Positions 36,301 through 47,395 of a DNA stretch of 64,000 nucleotides are shown in pieces (within the stretch, counting starts at the first letter, position 1; every line of letters starts with the position of its first letter). Made by a program: the position numbers and the translations under genes. The stretch is from Protoeuglena noctilucae. Lineage: Eukaryota. The stretch covers positions 186,001-250,000 of the forward strand of contig OY253689.1 of NCBI GenBank assembly GCA_958009085.1, written 5' to 3'. The notes under the pieces were generated by a model. That model searched no databases. It was not told the DNA's origin and saw nothing but the letters and a program-made list of their open reading frames with translations.

Positions 36301-37475
36301 AGGACCAGGGCGATGTGGATGGGGATGTGCACGCACAGGCAGACGAGTACGCCGGCCACGGCGAAGGCCGCGCCCCCAGGCGAGGTGCACTGGTGGGATG
36401 GGAGGAACAGGTTGGCCCCGGCCACGCCCGTGATGCGGCCCGTCCAGTCACAGGCTGCGGGTGCCAGGAGAGCGCTGACGGCCGGCACTCCGAAGACTTT
36501 GAAGAAGCCGGCCTCGATGACCCGGAGCAGGAGCTTCTCTCCTCGAATCAGGCTTCGCCCCCGCTTGGTCGCCACATACACGTGCGCGCAGAGGGCGACG
36601 TAGAGGAACGCCGCGGCCACCGGGCAGAGCAGGAGACCGACCATCACGTTCGCATCGCCTGAGACCTTGACCCACCCGCTGCCCTGTGGCGAGAGAGAAG
36701 GGTTGAGGGTTATCACGTTCGCATCGCCTGAGCCCTTGACCCACCCGCTGCCCTGGGGTGAGAGAGAAGGGTCGAGGGTTGGGATATGAGTAGGAGGAAT
36801 GGGTGGAGTAGGTGCAGCGGGGTTGAAGAAAAAGTTGCCATCTACCTGGAGCCGCAGGGCCCAGCGGCCCACGGGTGTGTCCCATGAGATGTCGTATCCC
36901 CAGAAGGGGTGAACCGCGAAAACAGCCAGCACTGATGTGAGGTAGAGCGCCGTCAGCGCCTGCGGGGGAGACGAGAGCCGCTCGTTCTCCCACCTCCCAC
37001 TGCTCAGCACGTCTGCATGTGCTTGCGACGCGGAGACGCGCAGCGGCGCGTCTCTCTCGCCGCGTAACCATCGCGCATCGCCTGCCCTCGTACCTGTAGC
37101 TTCCATGACTTTTCCAGGCCCAGACGGGGTGCGGCGAAGACGCAAGCGAACGTTGACTCCAGCACCGCCCCGTGGCGCCCGAGATGCATCCCGCCCGCGT
37201 CGCCCAGCTGGGAGAGGCCAGCCATCGAGGAGGCATCTCCAGCGCTGTGGTCATGCGAACCCAGGGAGCTGCGGGGGCCCCAACACGATGGTTACAGTCC
37301 GGGGGGTCGGGGGGCTGCCGCGAGCACCGGAAGGGCGTGCGGGGTTGCTAGGGTCATGAACGGGTCCATTTGAACGATGATATAGAGGAGGAGTGGTGTG
37401 AGGCCAACCAAACCTCCGCAAGACTCACCTTCCGTCCAAAAAGGACGAGCCCCCAGCGCTGCTCTGTTTATCCAT
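27337..37475 (-). CDS. Large multi-pass membrane protein with TPR-like region and multiple PAS domains (tiny-macrocyst TmcB/C / algal FixL-like FXL family)
   Basis: N-terminal TM helices (35800-36960), then LDWSGYVQLQ...AHK and RHPRLMM|LYARFLEDV. PAS domain DGVVVADGDGLVTFVN...MPPPFAQQHD (34105-34380). Further PAS-like repeats (33220-33830, 32900-33030, 32300-32540). C-terminal TM segments and LVFRPVE...LIAELP. About 20 introns. Start MDKQSS at 37475. Confidence 0.85.
27618..27703. repeat. Intronic tandem duplication (~40 bp, GCAAGCCAGCAGGG...GGGGAGGTAGCAG)
   Basis: Two imperfect copies are directly visible. Confidence 0.65.
29968..30042. repeat. Intronic (GCGGGT)n hexamer microsatellite
   Basis: About 12 imperfect copies. 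Confidence 0.8.
36643..36780. repeat. 69-bp tandem duplication spanning a splice acceptor and exon start
   Basis: Copies 36643-36711 and 36712-36780 differ at about 4 positions. On the minus strand the unit translates TL(D/N)PSLSPQ|GSGWVK(G/V)SGDANV. Confidence 0.9.
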
Positions 37476-38148
37476 GGCGAGCGCTAAACACAGCGTCCGC
37501 TAGTCGCGTCGTGACAACGACAGCAGATCCTTGTGCTCAGCGTGAAGAATCGCCTCAGACTTTCCTGATTGGCGACCTGGGAAGAGTTGACATGGGCGGA
37601 GATGCGGTCGCTCGACAAGGACACCTTGCATCTCCTCTCTCGCAACTACGCAATCACTTCTGTCTCATGTACCTTGCGAGAGACGACTGGGCCCTTTGAG
37701 GAGATGCGGCGCAACGTGGGGGCTCTCGCGGCCTTGACACGAGCAGCCGCAGGGGTCACTCGCATCCACGGCGCTCGTCTTTACTTCATTCGAGTACGAT
37801 CACGTCCTCGTTGAGCGGGAAAACGGCGCAAGCTCGCGACAAGGTCGGTTCCCAACTTCCACGACGCTCTGTCGCGAGGCTGGTGCGCAATCCCCTCGCC
37901 TTCGTTTCGACATATGCTCGGGACTCGGTAAAGGCAGGCCTTGTCTATGTTTCCTGTTGCCAGGGAACGGCACTGGCATTGACTGACCTCCCGGTCTCAA
38001 CGGCGTCTGCCTCGGCTAATTCAGCTCATTGGCTTTATGATGCAAGCTTCGTGGGTGTCGGATCCAGCTGTTCCCGCCGGTCCCAGCCTGGTTTGGCATG
38101 TGCAGGCATGTATGAAAAGCTCTCTCCGCCCAGGGTTACTTTATCAAA

Positions 38149-39912
38149 ATGTTTGGCGGTGTGGAGTACGGGAACATCCCAGCACCAAGCCGTGACTTGT
38201 TCCGGTCGTCTAAGACCCCGGGCGCGGACGCTGCAGCTGTGAAAGTGGTGAGTGTTTGTGCGCGCCTCCCCGCGCCTCTTTGCGTTTTTCGAGGCTGCAT
38301 TCGTGCGCACCCACCGCTTCGTAAACATATGATTGCAGGAGGCCTACTTGCGCAGCGAATCCATCCGGCTCGAGCACCGCAACTTGGATTGCATTCCCGA
38401 CGGCCTGCTGAGCAACCACGTCGTGCGGCTCGTGTCGCTGAAGGTCGGTGCCGAAACTCCTCTGGTATCTTACAGTCTCAGGCCTGCATCCGCGTGCTCT
38501 GCAGGGCCGCGAGCGAGCCGTGTGTCCCTCTCACGCAGGGAAACCGACTTCAGAGCCTTCCCGAGAGCGTCGCGTCATCATGGCCGCGGCTGGAGAAGCT
38601 GAACCTCGCGAATAACAAACTCACGGCGTTGCCAGAGTCCCTGGGAGCTCTCCCTGCCCTGCGCGAGCTCAACGTGGATGGCAACAACCTGTCGAGCCTG
38701 CCGGCGTCGCTAGCCCTCCTCCCAGCCCTGACGACGCTCCATCTCAACGGGAACCCCCCCTCGTGCCGCGTCGGTCCGTCCAAATACCTGTCGGACGTCT
38801 GGTACGGGAAGGAAGGGGAGCAGTTTGTCCCGGTATCGCTCGCGGACCTCCCAAAGAGGACCGCTGCGGTGCTTGCCGCGCTACAGGAGGTGCGAGCACG
38901 TGCATGGAGCGCACAGTTGGCGACAGCGCTCAGCATAGCGGGCGACGTTGACCTCTCGCAAGCGGTGCGCCTCGCAGGGTCTCCCAGCCGACCAGCGTGC
39001 GCGTGCGGAGGAGGCTCGGCGCGCTGCGGAGCAGGAGCGTCTCTTAAAGCAGGCGAAAGCGGTCTCGTCATCGGGGGATTTGGCTGCGGTGGAGGCTCTG
39101 CTGGCGCGAGTGAGGGATGCAGGCGTGGCGCCAGAGAAGACCCGGGCATTGGAGACCCAGGCAGGTCTGCTGCGCGACCTGGACGCCGCGACGGCCGCGC
39201 GGGACGCGGACGCCATCTCCCGCGGCCTCGTGGCCTTCGAGGCTGCCGTGGGGTCCCGGGCACGCGACGCTTCAGGTCCCACCGTGGCGGCCGCGCTGGC
39301 GGCGCGCCACGCCTTGCGCCTCGAGGCGGCAGAGCGGGAGCGGCAGCAGCGGGCGCGTGCGGCGGGGCCCTCGTCCCCTCCGCGGGCGCCCGGGGCGCGG
39401 CCCGGGGCCTCGGAGGCTTCCCCAGGCAAGGGCGGCCGTGCGGGGGTGCGGCCCGAGCCCAGCGGCCGCTCTGCCGGGGGGCTGTCTGGGGAGCGGTCGG
39501 GCAGCCAGAAGGCTTTCAAGAAGGAGATCGCGTACGAGTCGTGGCTGGAGGCCAAGCGCAAGGAGGAGCAAGAACAGGCGAGTGGCACATGTGGCAGATG
39601 TGACGTTCACATCCTGGGTGGCCTGTGTGGGGACACTTGCGTTTAGACAAGGGGAGATGGAATGGTCTGATGACGTCGTCTTTGTGACTTCCTCTTCCTG
39701 CGCAGATGGCGGCCATCAAGGCATTGAAGCGACGGGAGGTGAAGCGTGGGCATGCCGCATCCGTGTCGAGGGCGAGGGCGGAGCAGGACCTCTACAGTCG
39801 CGAGGCCGGGTGGCCGTCCGCGGTGGTCGAAGTCACGCCGCAGCCGAGGGACGTGCGGAGAATCGTCGAGTCGAGGAAGTACCGGCCTGGGAGGCAGGCG
39901 GCCCGAGCCTAG
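38149..39912 (+). CDS. Leucine-rich repeat protein with C-terminal coiled-coil
   Basis: LQSLPES..LEKLNLANNKLTALPESLGALPALRELNVDGNNLSSLPASLALLPALTTLHLNGNP. AYESWLEAKRKEEQEQ coiled coil. No signal peptide. Confidence 0.85.
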
Positions 39913-40160
39913 CCTAGGTAGTTTTAGAGATGCTTGACGGAGAGTAGACCATTTTTCGACGACAGCCGACAGAAGCATGTCAATCGCGAACGCGGAGTGG
40001 CGGGGGAAAGAGAAGGGGCGGCACGCGACCTGCTACTGTGCGGAGCGACGCTTCCCAAGCGCGCTCGACCGACTCGTCGTGAGCCGGCCGTCCCACAAGG
40101 ACGAGACGCAAAGTGGCACGATCCCACACGAAGCAGAGGAAGGGGCAGTCGCCCCCGATA

Positions 40161-41759
40161 TCACCGGATGCGGAGCGTGTCCCCCGGGTAGATGACGTCC
40201 GGGTCCCGAAGCTTGTCGGTGTTGCGCTCGAAAACGTCGAGGTAGTTGATGTTGTAGCACCCCGCGATGTCGCACAGCGTGTCGCCCTCCTGCACCTCGT
40301 AGTACACGGGTCGCGACGCCCACAGCCACCCCAGCACGCCCGCGGCGACCCCCAGAGCCACTGCGGGAGTGGCGGCGGGGTAGCTTTGAATCGACAACAC
40401 ACCGGCCAGAGGTGCACTCGGTGCGGTAGACGCGGTGGGGTCCATACAGCCCCACCTCCCTGCCAGCCCTCACCTGCCACAGGCACGGGCACACCGCCCC
40501 CGCCGCCCCCGGTTGCGCCCGAGCCCCGCGTCTTCGCCGACCCGTTCGCGGCCTTGTCTCCCATCGGACTCGCTGCCTTGCTGTCCGCCGAGTTTCTGCA
40601 AGGAGCCATCAAACGGATACAAACGCTCAATGTTGCATGTCGCGGGACCGCCACGTCGTAGGCTGTGTGGCATCCGCGCAAGCGAAGGCAGACAGCCACG
40701 TGATTCGCGCCCGCCACCTGCTGCGCTTCTTCCGACCCCCCCCGACCCCGAGGAGCAGGGACAGGCCCCGCTGAACGCCCCCCGCCACCGCCCCCAGAAT
40801 CCCTGCCAGCGGGTTCCCCTTCGGACTCTCCACCGGCTCGACAGGTGCCCGCTGCTTCTTGGAGCCCCGCGTCTTGCTGGTCGCCGCCACGGATGCCCCG
40901 GTCTTGGTGCTCCCCCGGGGGGACATGGGCGTGCGGGGCGTCGCGATGGAGCGTCCTGGGGTGCCCACCGCCGCGAAGCGCATCACGACGCACAGCTTGG
41001 CCACGGGGCGACCGGCCGGGTCCCTCAGTTCCAGCCAAGAGGGCCGGCCCTCGTACCCAGAGGGGTTCCTGAGGACACAGCAGGGTGTGACGCAGATGGA
41101 ATGGCGAGCGAGCGCTGCGATGGGCGATAGCTGCCCTGTGCAGCCGGCGCCACAAGCAGGGAACTGCTCTCGACGTCTTGGCGAGGCGCGGAGGCGCGGG
41201 TCACTTGAGGTTGACGCGGCACGTGCCGAGGACGAGGTCTCCCTTCGGGGCGACGTGCAGCATCTCCACGGTGGCCTCCGAGGTCTGGATGTCGTCGATG
41301 ATGAACTCCAGGTCCTTCATGAACTGCGCGGGGGCCGGGCAAGGCCGCGGCGTCGCGGGTGCGGAGGGGTCGCGACGGCTCGCATGGGCGTTGTTGGCCG
41401 CGCCGCGCACTCGCCTTGGGGGTCAGGCCGCTGGAGTTGCCGGTCTGGTACTCCTCGTTGCCAATGGATATGCGCACGTAGAAGACCGGGGGGCTCCCGA
41501 CATCGGCCACGACGTGGGTTGCCTCTGCAAGCACCGAGCGGATGCGCGGCCTTTTGAACCCCCAGGGCCCTGGTGCGCTGCGAAGGGCGCTGTGACAGGA
41601 CGATGCTCGAGAAGGTGCAAGTACGAAGCCAGTCTTCGCCCCGAAACTACGCGCGGGGGCCTGCATGGGCCGCGGCGCATGAGCATGCAGGTCCCCGCGC
41701 CTCTGCGGCGCGTCGTCGTCACCGATGACCGAGACGGCCAGCTTCCCCCTCGTTGTCAT
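40161..41759 (-). CDS. C2 domain - linker - single TM - LysM domain protein
   Basis: Spliced N-terminus MTTRGKLAVSVI|EATHV..FYVRISIGNEEYQTG..LTPK|FMKDLEFIIDD..ATVEMLH..GDLVLGTCRVNLK..WLELRD..AKLCVVMRF follows the C2 strand pattern. Hydrophobic AVALGVAAGVLGWLWA. LysM YEVQEGDTLCDIA...DPDVIYPGDTLRIR-stop. Confidence 0.8.
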
Positions 41760-42103
41760 GGCGGCCGGGGCCAGACGCCTTCGCCTGTCCCGCCGAGTCG
41801 GCCTTTGTCCTCTTGATGCAGCGCCTGAAGGGCCAAAGTGAGAGGACGACGTCGCAGCGTCCCAGAGCTAGGGTCAGGAGCTCGTGGTGTTTTGCGGGGA
41901 ACGAGCGCCGCGACGCCGTGACGCTGACGCGGGCGCCCCCTCCCTGGCAGGGGTCATACCCTGATCCCCGTGCGTCTCCGGGTCTCCACCCACGCGTGCT
42001 GTGGATGGCCTGAGGGAGATCGCCGGCGTCGGGGAGCGGCGCGCTGGACACCTGTTGCGCTTTTTGGTCCCTGCGGGGTCGGGTGTGGGTCGCAGGGGTC
42101 GCG

Positions 42104-44972
42104 ATGAGCTGGAGGCGGTCTTTTCGATTGCGGAGGGTGCTGGGGAATGGGATCCGCACGTGCTCGGGCGCCCTAGCCCAGCGGACGAACGCGGGGGGCC
42201 TGGCGACGCACGCAAGGTGGGTGCTCGCGCTCTCGCCGCTTCATTGGCTCCGATGCTGACGAGGGACGAGGCCACCTCTGTCCCTCGGCGGCCTCGTGGC
42301 CGTGGCGAGTCGTAGCGGGCCCTTGCATCGCCGATTTCCCTCCTCCTCGCGCACCTTGGCCCCGAGCTTGCGTCCGGCAGAGTTAAGTTGCAGTCGAGCC
42401 TCGCCATCGCGCCTCCCGAGGCCTGTGCCGCGACCCCCCCCAGCAACTAACCCTTTTCCGCTTCTTCCCGGGCCCCGGGGCCACACCGTCCGCCTCACTG
42501 TTGTCCCCAAGTAGTTGGATACCCCTTGCATCCGGTGGCTGGGTCGGAGACCCCGGGGGGACCGCCGAGGGCGCGGGACGCGGCGTGGACACGCTGCCTG
42601 CGTAGACGCCCCGGGATCTGGCCGCTCCACCCTCGCAGGCATGCCGGACAGCCATCCCTGGCTCTCTGGACGAGGACGGGGGCGGCGGGCCAGCAGATGG
42701 TGCAGACGAGACGCTTTGCGGGGCTCCCTCCCCACGAAGAGCTCAAGGTGCTGGCGCATGCCTCGCGCGCCGCAGCTGGGGCCCGGATCCCGAAGCTGAG
42801 CGTCGAGACAGCGGGAGCAGGTCCAGACTCCCTTCTCCTCGCGCCGCAGATGCCGGCGCTGTCCCCGACGATGAACCAGGGCAACATTCTCGAGTGGAAG
42901 AAGAAGGAGGGCGAGAGCATCGCGCCCGGCGACGTCATCTGCGTCATTGAGACGGACAAGGCGACGCTGGACTGGGAGGCGCAGGAGGAGGGCGTTTTGG
43001 CGAAGATCCTGGTGCAGGCGGGGGCACGGGACGTGCCGGTGGGCAAGCCGGTTGCGGTTCTGGTGGAGGACGAGGGGGCGGTCGCATCCTTCGCGAACTT
43101 CTCTCCGAAGGCGCAGTCGGCGGCGGGGTCGTCGGGGGCGGCGCCGGCGGAGGAGGAGCCAGCGGAGTCGAGCGGGGGCGGGGGCGGGCAGTGGCCGGTG
43201 CACCAGGTGGCGCAGATGCCGGCGCTTTCTCCGACGATGAACCAGGGCAATATCCTCGAGTGGAAGAAGAACGTTGGGGACACGATCGCCCCAGGGGACG
43301 TCATCTGCGTGGTGGAGACGGACAAGGCGACGATCGACTGGGAAGCTCAGGAGGAGGGTGTCATCGCCCAGCTCCTCGTGCCGGCCGGCACGAAGGACAT
43401 CCCCGTGGGCAAGCCCGTCATGATTCTGGTCGAGGATGAGGCGGACGTCAAGGCATTCGCGAACTTCACGGCCGCGGACGCGGAGGGCGGCGCGCCCAAG
43501 CCTAAGGCGAAGGCCGAGGCTCCTAAGAAGGGAGCCGTGAGCGACAAGGCGCCCAAGAAGGAGGAAGGTGAGAGGGGTGGGGTAAGACCCCAGCAGGCGG
43601 CGGTGGTCACGAGCCCTGCGTTATAGACGGGAGCGCAGGTATGAAGACTTGCCAAGCAACGAACAAACCATTCCTTCCGGCTCTTCCTCGCAGCTCCCAA
43701 GCCCGCCGCTGCGGCGGCGCCCCAGCCCCGCTCTGCGCCGTCCCCGGGGGGCCGCGTGGTGGCGACGCCGTACAGCCGCAAGCTGGCGCAGGAGAAGGGC
43801 GTGTCGCTGTCGCAGGTGCAGGGTTCGGGTCCCAACGGCTGCATCGTCGCGGCGGACGTGGCGGGCTACCAGGGCCCAGTGGGCGCGCCGGGGGTGGCGG
43901 CCGCGGTGGGCGGGGCGCTCCCCGCCGGGGACTACAGGGACGTGCCGGTGTCCCAGATCCGCCGCGTGATCGCCCGGCGCCTGTTGGAGAGCAAGCAGAC
44001 CATCCCGCACTACTACCTGACCGTGGACGTCAGCCTCGACAAGCTCACGGCGGTCCGCAAGCAGCTCAACGACCAGCTGGCCTCCCGGGGGACCAAGCTG
44101 TCCGTCAACGATTTCGTCGTCAAGGCCGCCGCGCTGGCGCTCCGGGAGGTGCCCGAGATGAACGCCTCCTGGCAGACCGAATTCATCCGGCAGTACACGG
44201 TGAGCTGCGTGCGGGCGGGCAGCCGTAGAGTGTGCGCGGCGGGCGGCCATGGTGGCCATTTGTGCTGTTCGGGTGGCTTTGCTTGTCTCGCTCGCCGGCT
44301 GCGAGAGCGAGTGACTCGCCACATTGTTTTCTCGATCGTCTGCGCAGAGTGCGGACGTGACAGTGGCCGTGCAGACGGACTCCGGTCTCATGGTGCCCGT
44401 CGTCAAGGGGGCGCACAACAAGGGGCTCACGGCTATCTCCGCCGAGGTCAAGGACCTGGCCGCCAAGGTGCGTGGGCGGTTCGCATGCACATAGGCCCCT
44501 GACACTCACAGCACTGCGGATGCGCCTGTGGCTTTACAACCAAACATACTTTTTCATAAAGGGGGCGCAGGCGCGCACGGTTCTCACCCGTGTCATCTCA
44601 CGCAACCTTTTTGGTTCTCTTACCCGCGCCTGTCTGTTGTCATGACTCCCCGCACGGCCCCCTTTTTCGCAGGCGAAGGAGGGGAAGCTGAAGCCGCACG
44701 AAATGGAGGGAGGCACGTTCACCGTGTCCAATCTCGGCATGTTCGGGATCCGGAGCTCCGCCGGCGTGATCAACCCGCCCCAGGCCGGCATTCTGGCCGT
44801 GGGCGCCGCCCGGCCCGAGGTGGTGATGACGGGCGACGGGGGCTTCCGGGAATCGCAGGTCGTCTCCTGTACCGTGTCGTGCGACCACCGCGTGGTCGAT
44901 GGGGCTGTGGGGGCGCAGTGGCTCCAGGCGTTCAAACGCTACATGGAGGACCCGATCACGATGATCCTCTGA
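42104..44972 (+). CDS. DLA1: Mitochondrial pyruvate dehydrogenase E2 (dihydrolipoamide acetyltransferase) with two lipoyl domains
   Basis: Two MPALSPTM...ETDKAT lipoyl domains, E1/E3-binding [15 protein letters not shown], catalytic [20 protein letters not shown] presequence. Confidence 0.93.
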
Positions 44973-45231
44973 GAGCTGCCCACGGTGTCGTGGAGAGCTG
45001 GCGGGCGTGTCGGGGACCACCGGGACGCAGCAGAGCTTCGATCGTGGAGGGCTGGGTGCGCGCGGCTGGTGAACGGCTGGCCTGCGCTGCGCCGACGCCA
45101 GGGATGTTTGAAACGCACTGCTGCTCGACCGCGATGACAGTCTCAGCTTCGCGAGGACGCGGACATCGTTGCGATTTCCCGAGAGATGATTGCTGCGGAA
45201 GCCCCGCACAGCTGGTAGCGCGCGGGCGTTG

Positions 45232-46596
45232 ATGGGATCGAAAGCGGAGCTCCTCGAGCTCGTCGGGGTCGTCGTGAAGCATTTTGAGGGGGAGGGCGCG
45301 GATCGCAAGCGCGCTCAGGATGCGCTCGAGGTCCTGCTTCGGAAGGACGTGTCCGTGAGCGACCTGACGGAGAGCAAGGCCGGCAAGCTGCTCAAGCGCG
45401 TGGCCAAGCAGGGCGACGCGAGCGTGGCATCGCTGGCGAAGCGGGTGATGGACAAGTGGATGGACGTCATCAAGGAGGCGGTGAAGAAGGACGAGAACGG
45501 GAAGGCGTCGCAGGATGAGAAGGGCTGGCAGTCTCAGTCGAGCCAGCCCGAGGGGCCCGCCAGCGGTCGCGGGAGCGAGGCGGGGACGGCCCCCGTGGAG
45601 TTTCAGCGAACAGGGAACGAGAAGCGCGACAAGGTGCGCGAGAAGCTCATTGAAGCTCTCGGCAGGGACGGCACCGCAGAGGCCGCAGTGGTCCGGACGC
45701 GGGCGCAGGAGATTGAGGAAGCCATGTTCGAACAGGTGCGCTGGAGGGGCCCTCGGGTCTTTCACAACCACTTCTTGCCTGTCAAGTCCCCGCTGCCTGT
45801 TCGCAGTGCGGCTTCCAGCCTCAAAGCAAACTCCACGCACCTGGCTTGAGTCTCTGCGATGTAATCCTTCGGTTTTCTGTGCGCAGTTCGGCAGGGTCGT
45901 CGAGAAGCCTTACCTGGACAAGTACCGCGCGCTCTCGTACAACCTCCGCGACCCGAAGAACGCGAGCCTGCGGTGCGTGGCAATGGGCGTCACCGATTCT
46001 GCAATACTCTGATCGCATGGCCGTGACTGGATAGCCAAAGATGAGGTTGAGATGTCGAGCGTGTTTCCATGTGCGCGCTTGCAGGAGGGAGGTGCTGGAG
46101 GGGGAGCTGGAAGCGGTGCGGCTGGTGACGATGCGGGCAGAGGACCTGGCGAACGCCGAGACGCGGGGGCTGTTCGAGGAGATGCGGAAACAGCGTTTGA
46201 GAGCGGAGATGCAGGTGCGGGGCTGGCCTGGGGCGAGGCGGGCCGGGGCAGCTTCGGCGCACTCTGCACGGCACGTTACACGTTGCGCAACCCACGCGGT
46301 GGCCTGCCGACCCTTCCGTTGCAGGCGGCTCCGGAACAGGTCACGACAGACGAGTTCAAGTGTGGGAAGTGCGGGAAGCGCAAGTGCACGTACTACCAGA
46401 AGCAGACGCGGTCCTCGGATGAACCCATGACGACCTTTATCACGTGCGTCAACTGCGGCCACAAGGCGAGCGGCATGCGGCAGCGGCTGATATTGTGCCA
46501 GCAAGGCACACTCACGCATGTGGCAGCTCACGGCACTCTCCGCACTGCAGCACAAAGCATACGTTCCTCACTTCCCTGCAGTGGCGCGAGTGCTGA
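45232..46596 (+). CDS. TFIIS: Transcription elongation factor TFIIS
   Basis: N-terminal LW domain, RDKVRE...[13 protein letters not shown], zinc ribbon CGKC...[25 protein letters not shown]-stop. Confidence 0.93.
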
Positions 46597-47395
46597 TGAC
46601 TGCGAGACGTCGGCAGCGAGCGGGGAATGGAGCCTTGGGCTTTGTGCCACTCCCGTTACCGCTCGCGGTGTCTGCTGGGTTGCTCCAACCAGCCATTGTG
46701 ATTGATGTGTCATATTCTGCTGCATTGCCCTGCACGCGCCTGCACGTTGGTTGGGCAGCGTTCAAGGAAACTACAGGCTGCGCCATGCGGAAATGGGACA
46801 AAACGAACCACGAATGCCTGGGTGCTCAACATTGGGCAGACAAGCAGGCTGACTGCTCCAAAATGGTGCGGATGCTCATGGCTACACTGCCGGACAGGGG
46901 AGCGCGGGAGCACATGCGGCTCGCATCGAACACACAGCGGGCGGCTGTGCCACGAGACCCGACTGTTCCTCATCGGATGGCTGGCGCCGTGAAGCGGCGC
47001 TCTGCGTTGCTTGGCAAACAAGACATCACAGGCAGCCCGCACACGGTCGCAGTCCACGTGAGCGTGAGGTGCCGCAGCGGGTGCAAAGAGGACCGGGCCA
47101 TGCCGAACCACACGTGAAGGGCAAGGCCAGATGTGGCGAGTCATGCTGCTCGACGGAGAGAACAGCCCGTCGTTAGGGTGGCGGACCAGGGGTCAAGAGT
47201 CGCACCCGCGCGTCCGGGAGGCAGTGGATCAGAGGCCGCAAGCCAGGGACCCATCACACACGCGCGCATGTCACGTCCCCACCGCAAAATGGGCGGCGAG
47301 GGCGGGCATCGCCGCCCCGGATACGGGCAAACGAGAAGAATGGGACATGCGGGTGGGTGAGCCCAGCTCATCCGCGCCAGGGTATTGGGACGCCG

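Noticed and set aside
590..36780. Short direct-repeat clusters as a CRISPR-like array
   Set aside because: Only 2-3 adjacent copies with no unique spacers and no cas genes, in a eukaryotic intronic context.
42843..43470. ~250-bp direct repeat
   Set aside because: Explained by the two lipoyl domains of PDC E2.
46401..46430. [13 protein letters not shown] versus canonical QTRSADEP
   Set aside because: The catalytic DE pair is intact; this is a minor conservative variant.
46600..47390. ORF 46518-47117 or a hidden ncRNA in the longest convergent gap
   Set aside because: No recognisable motif, codon bias or snRNA/tRNA signature; most likely 3' UTRs.
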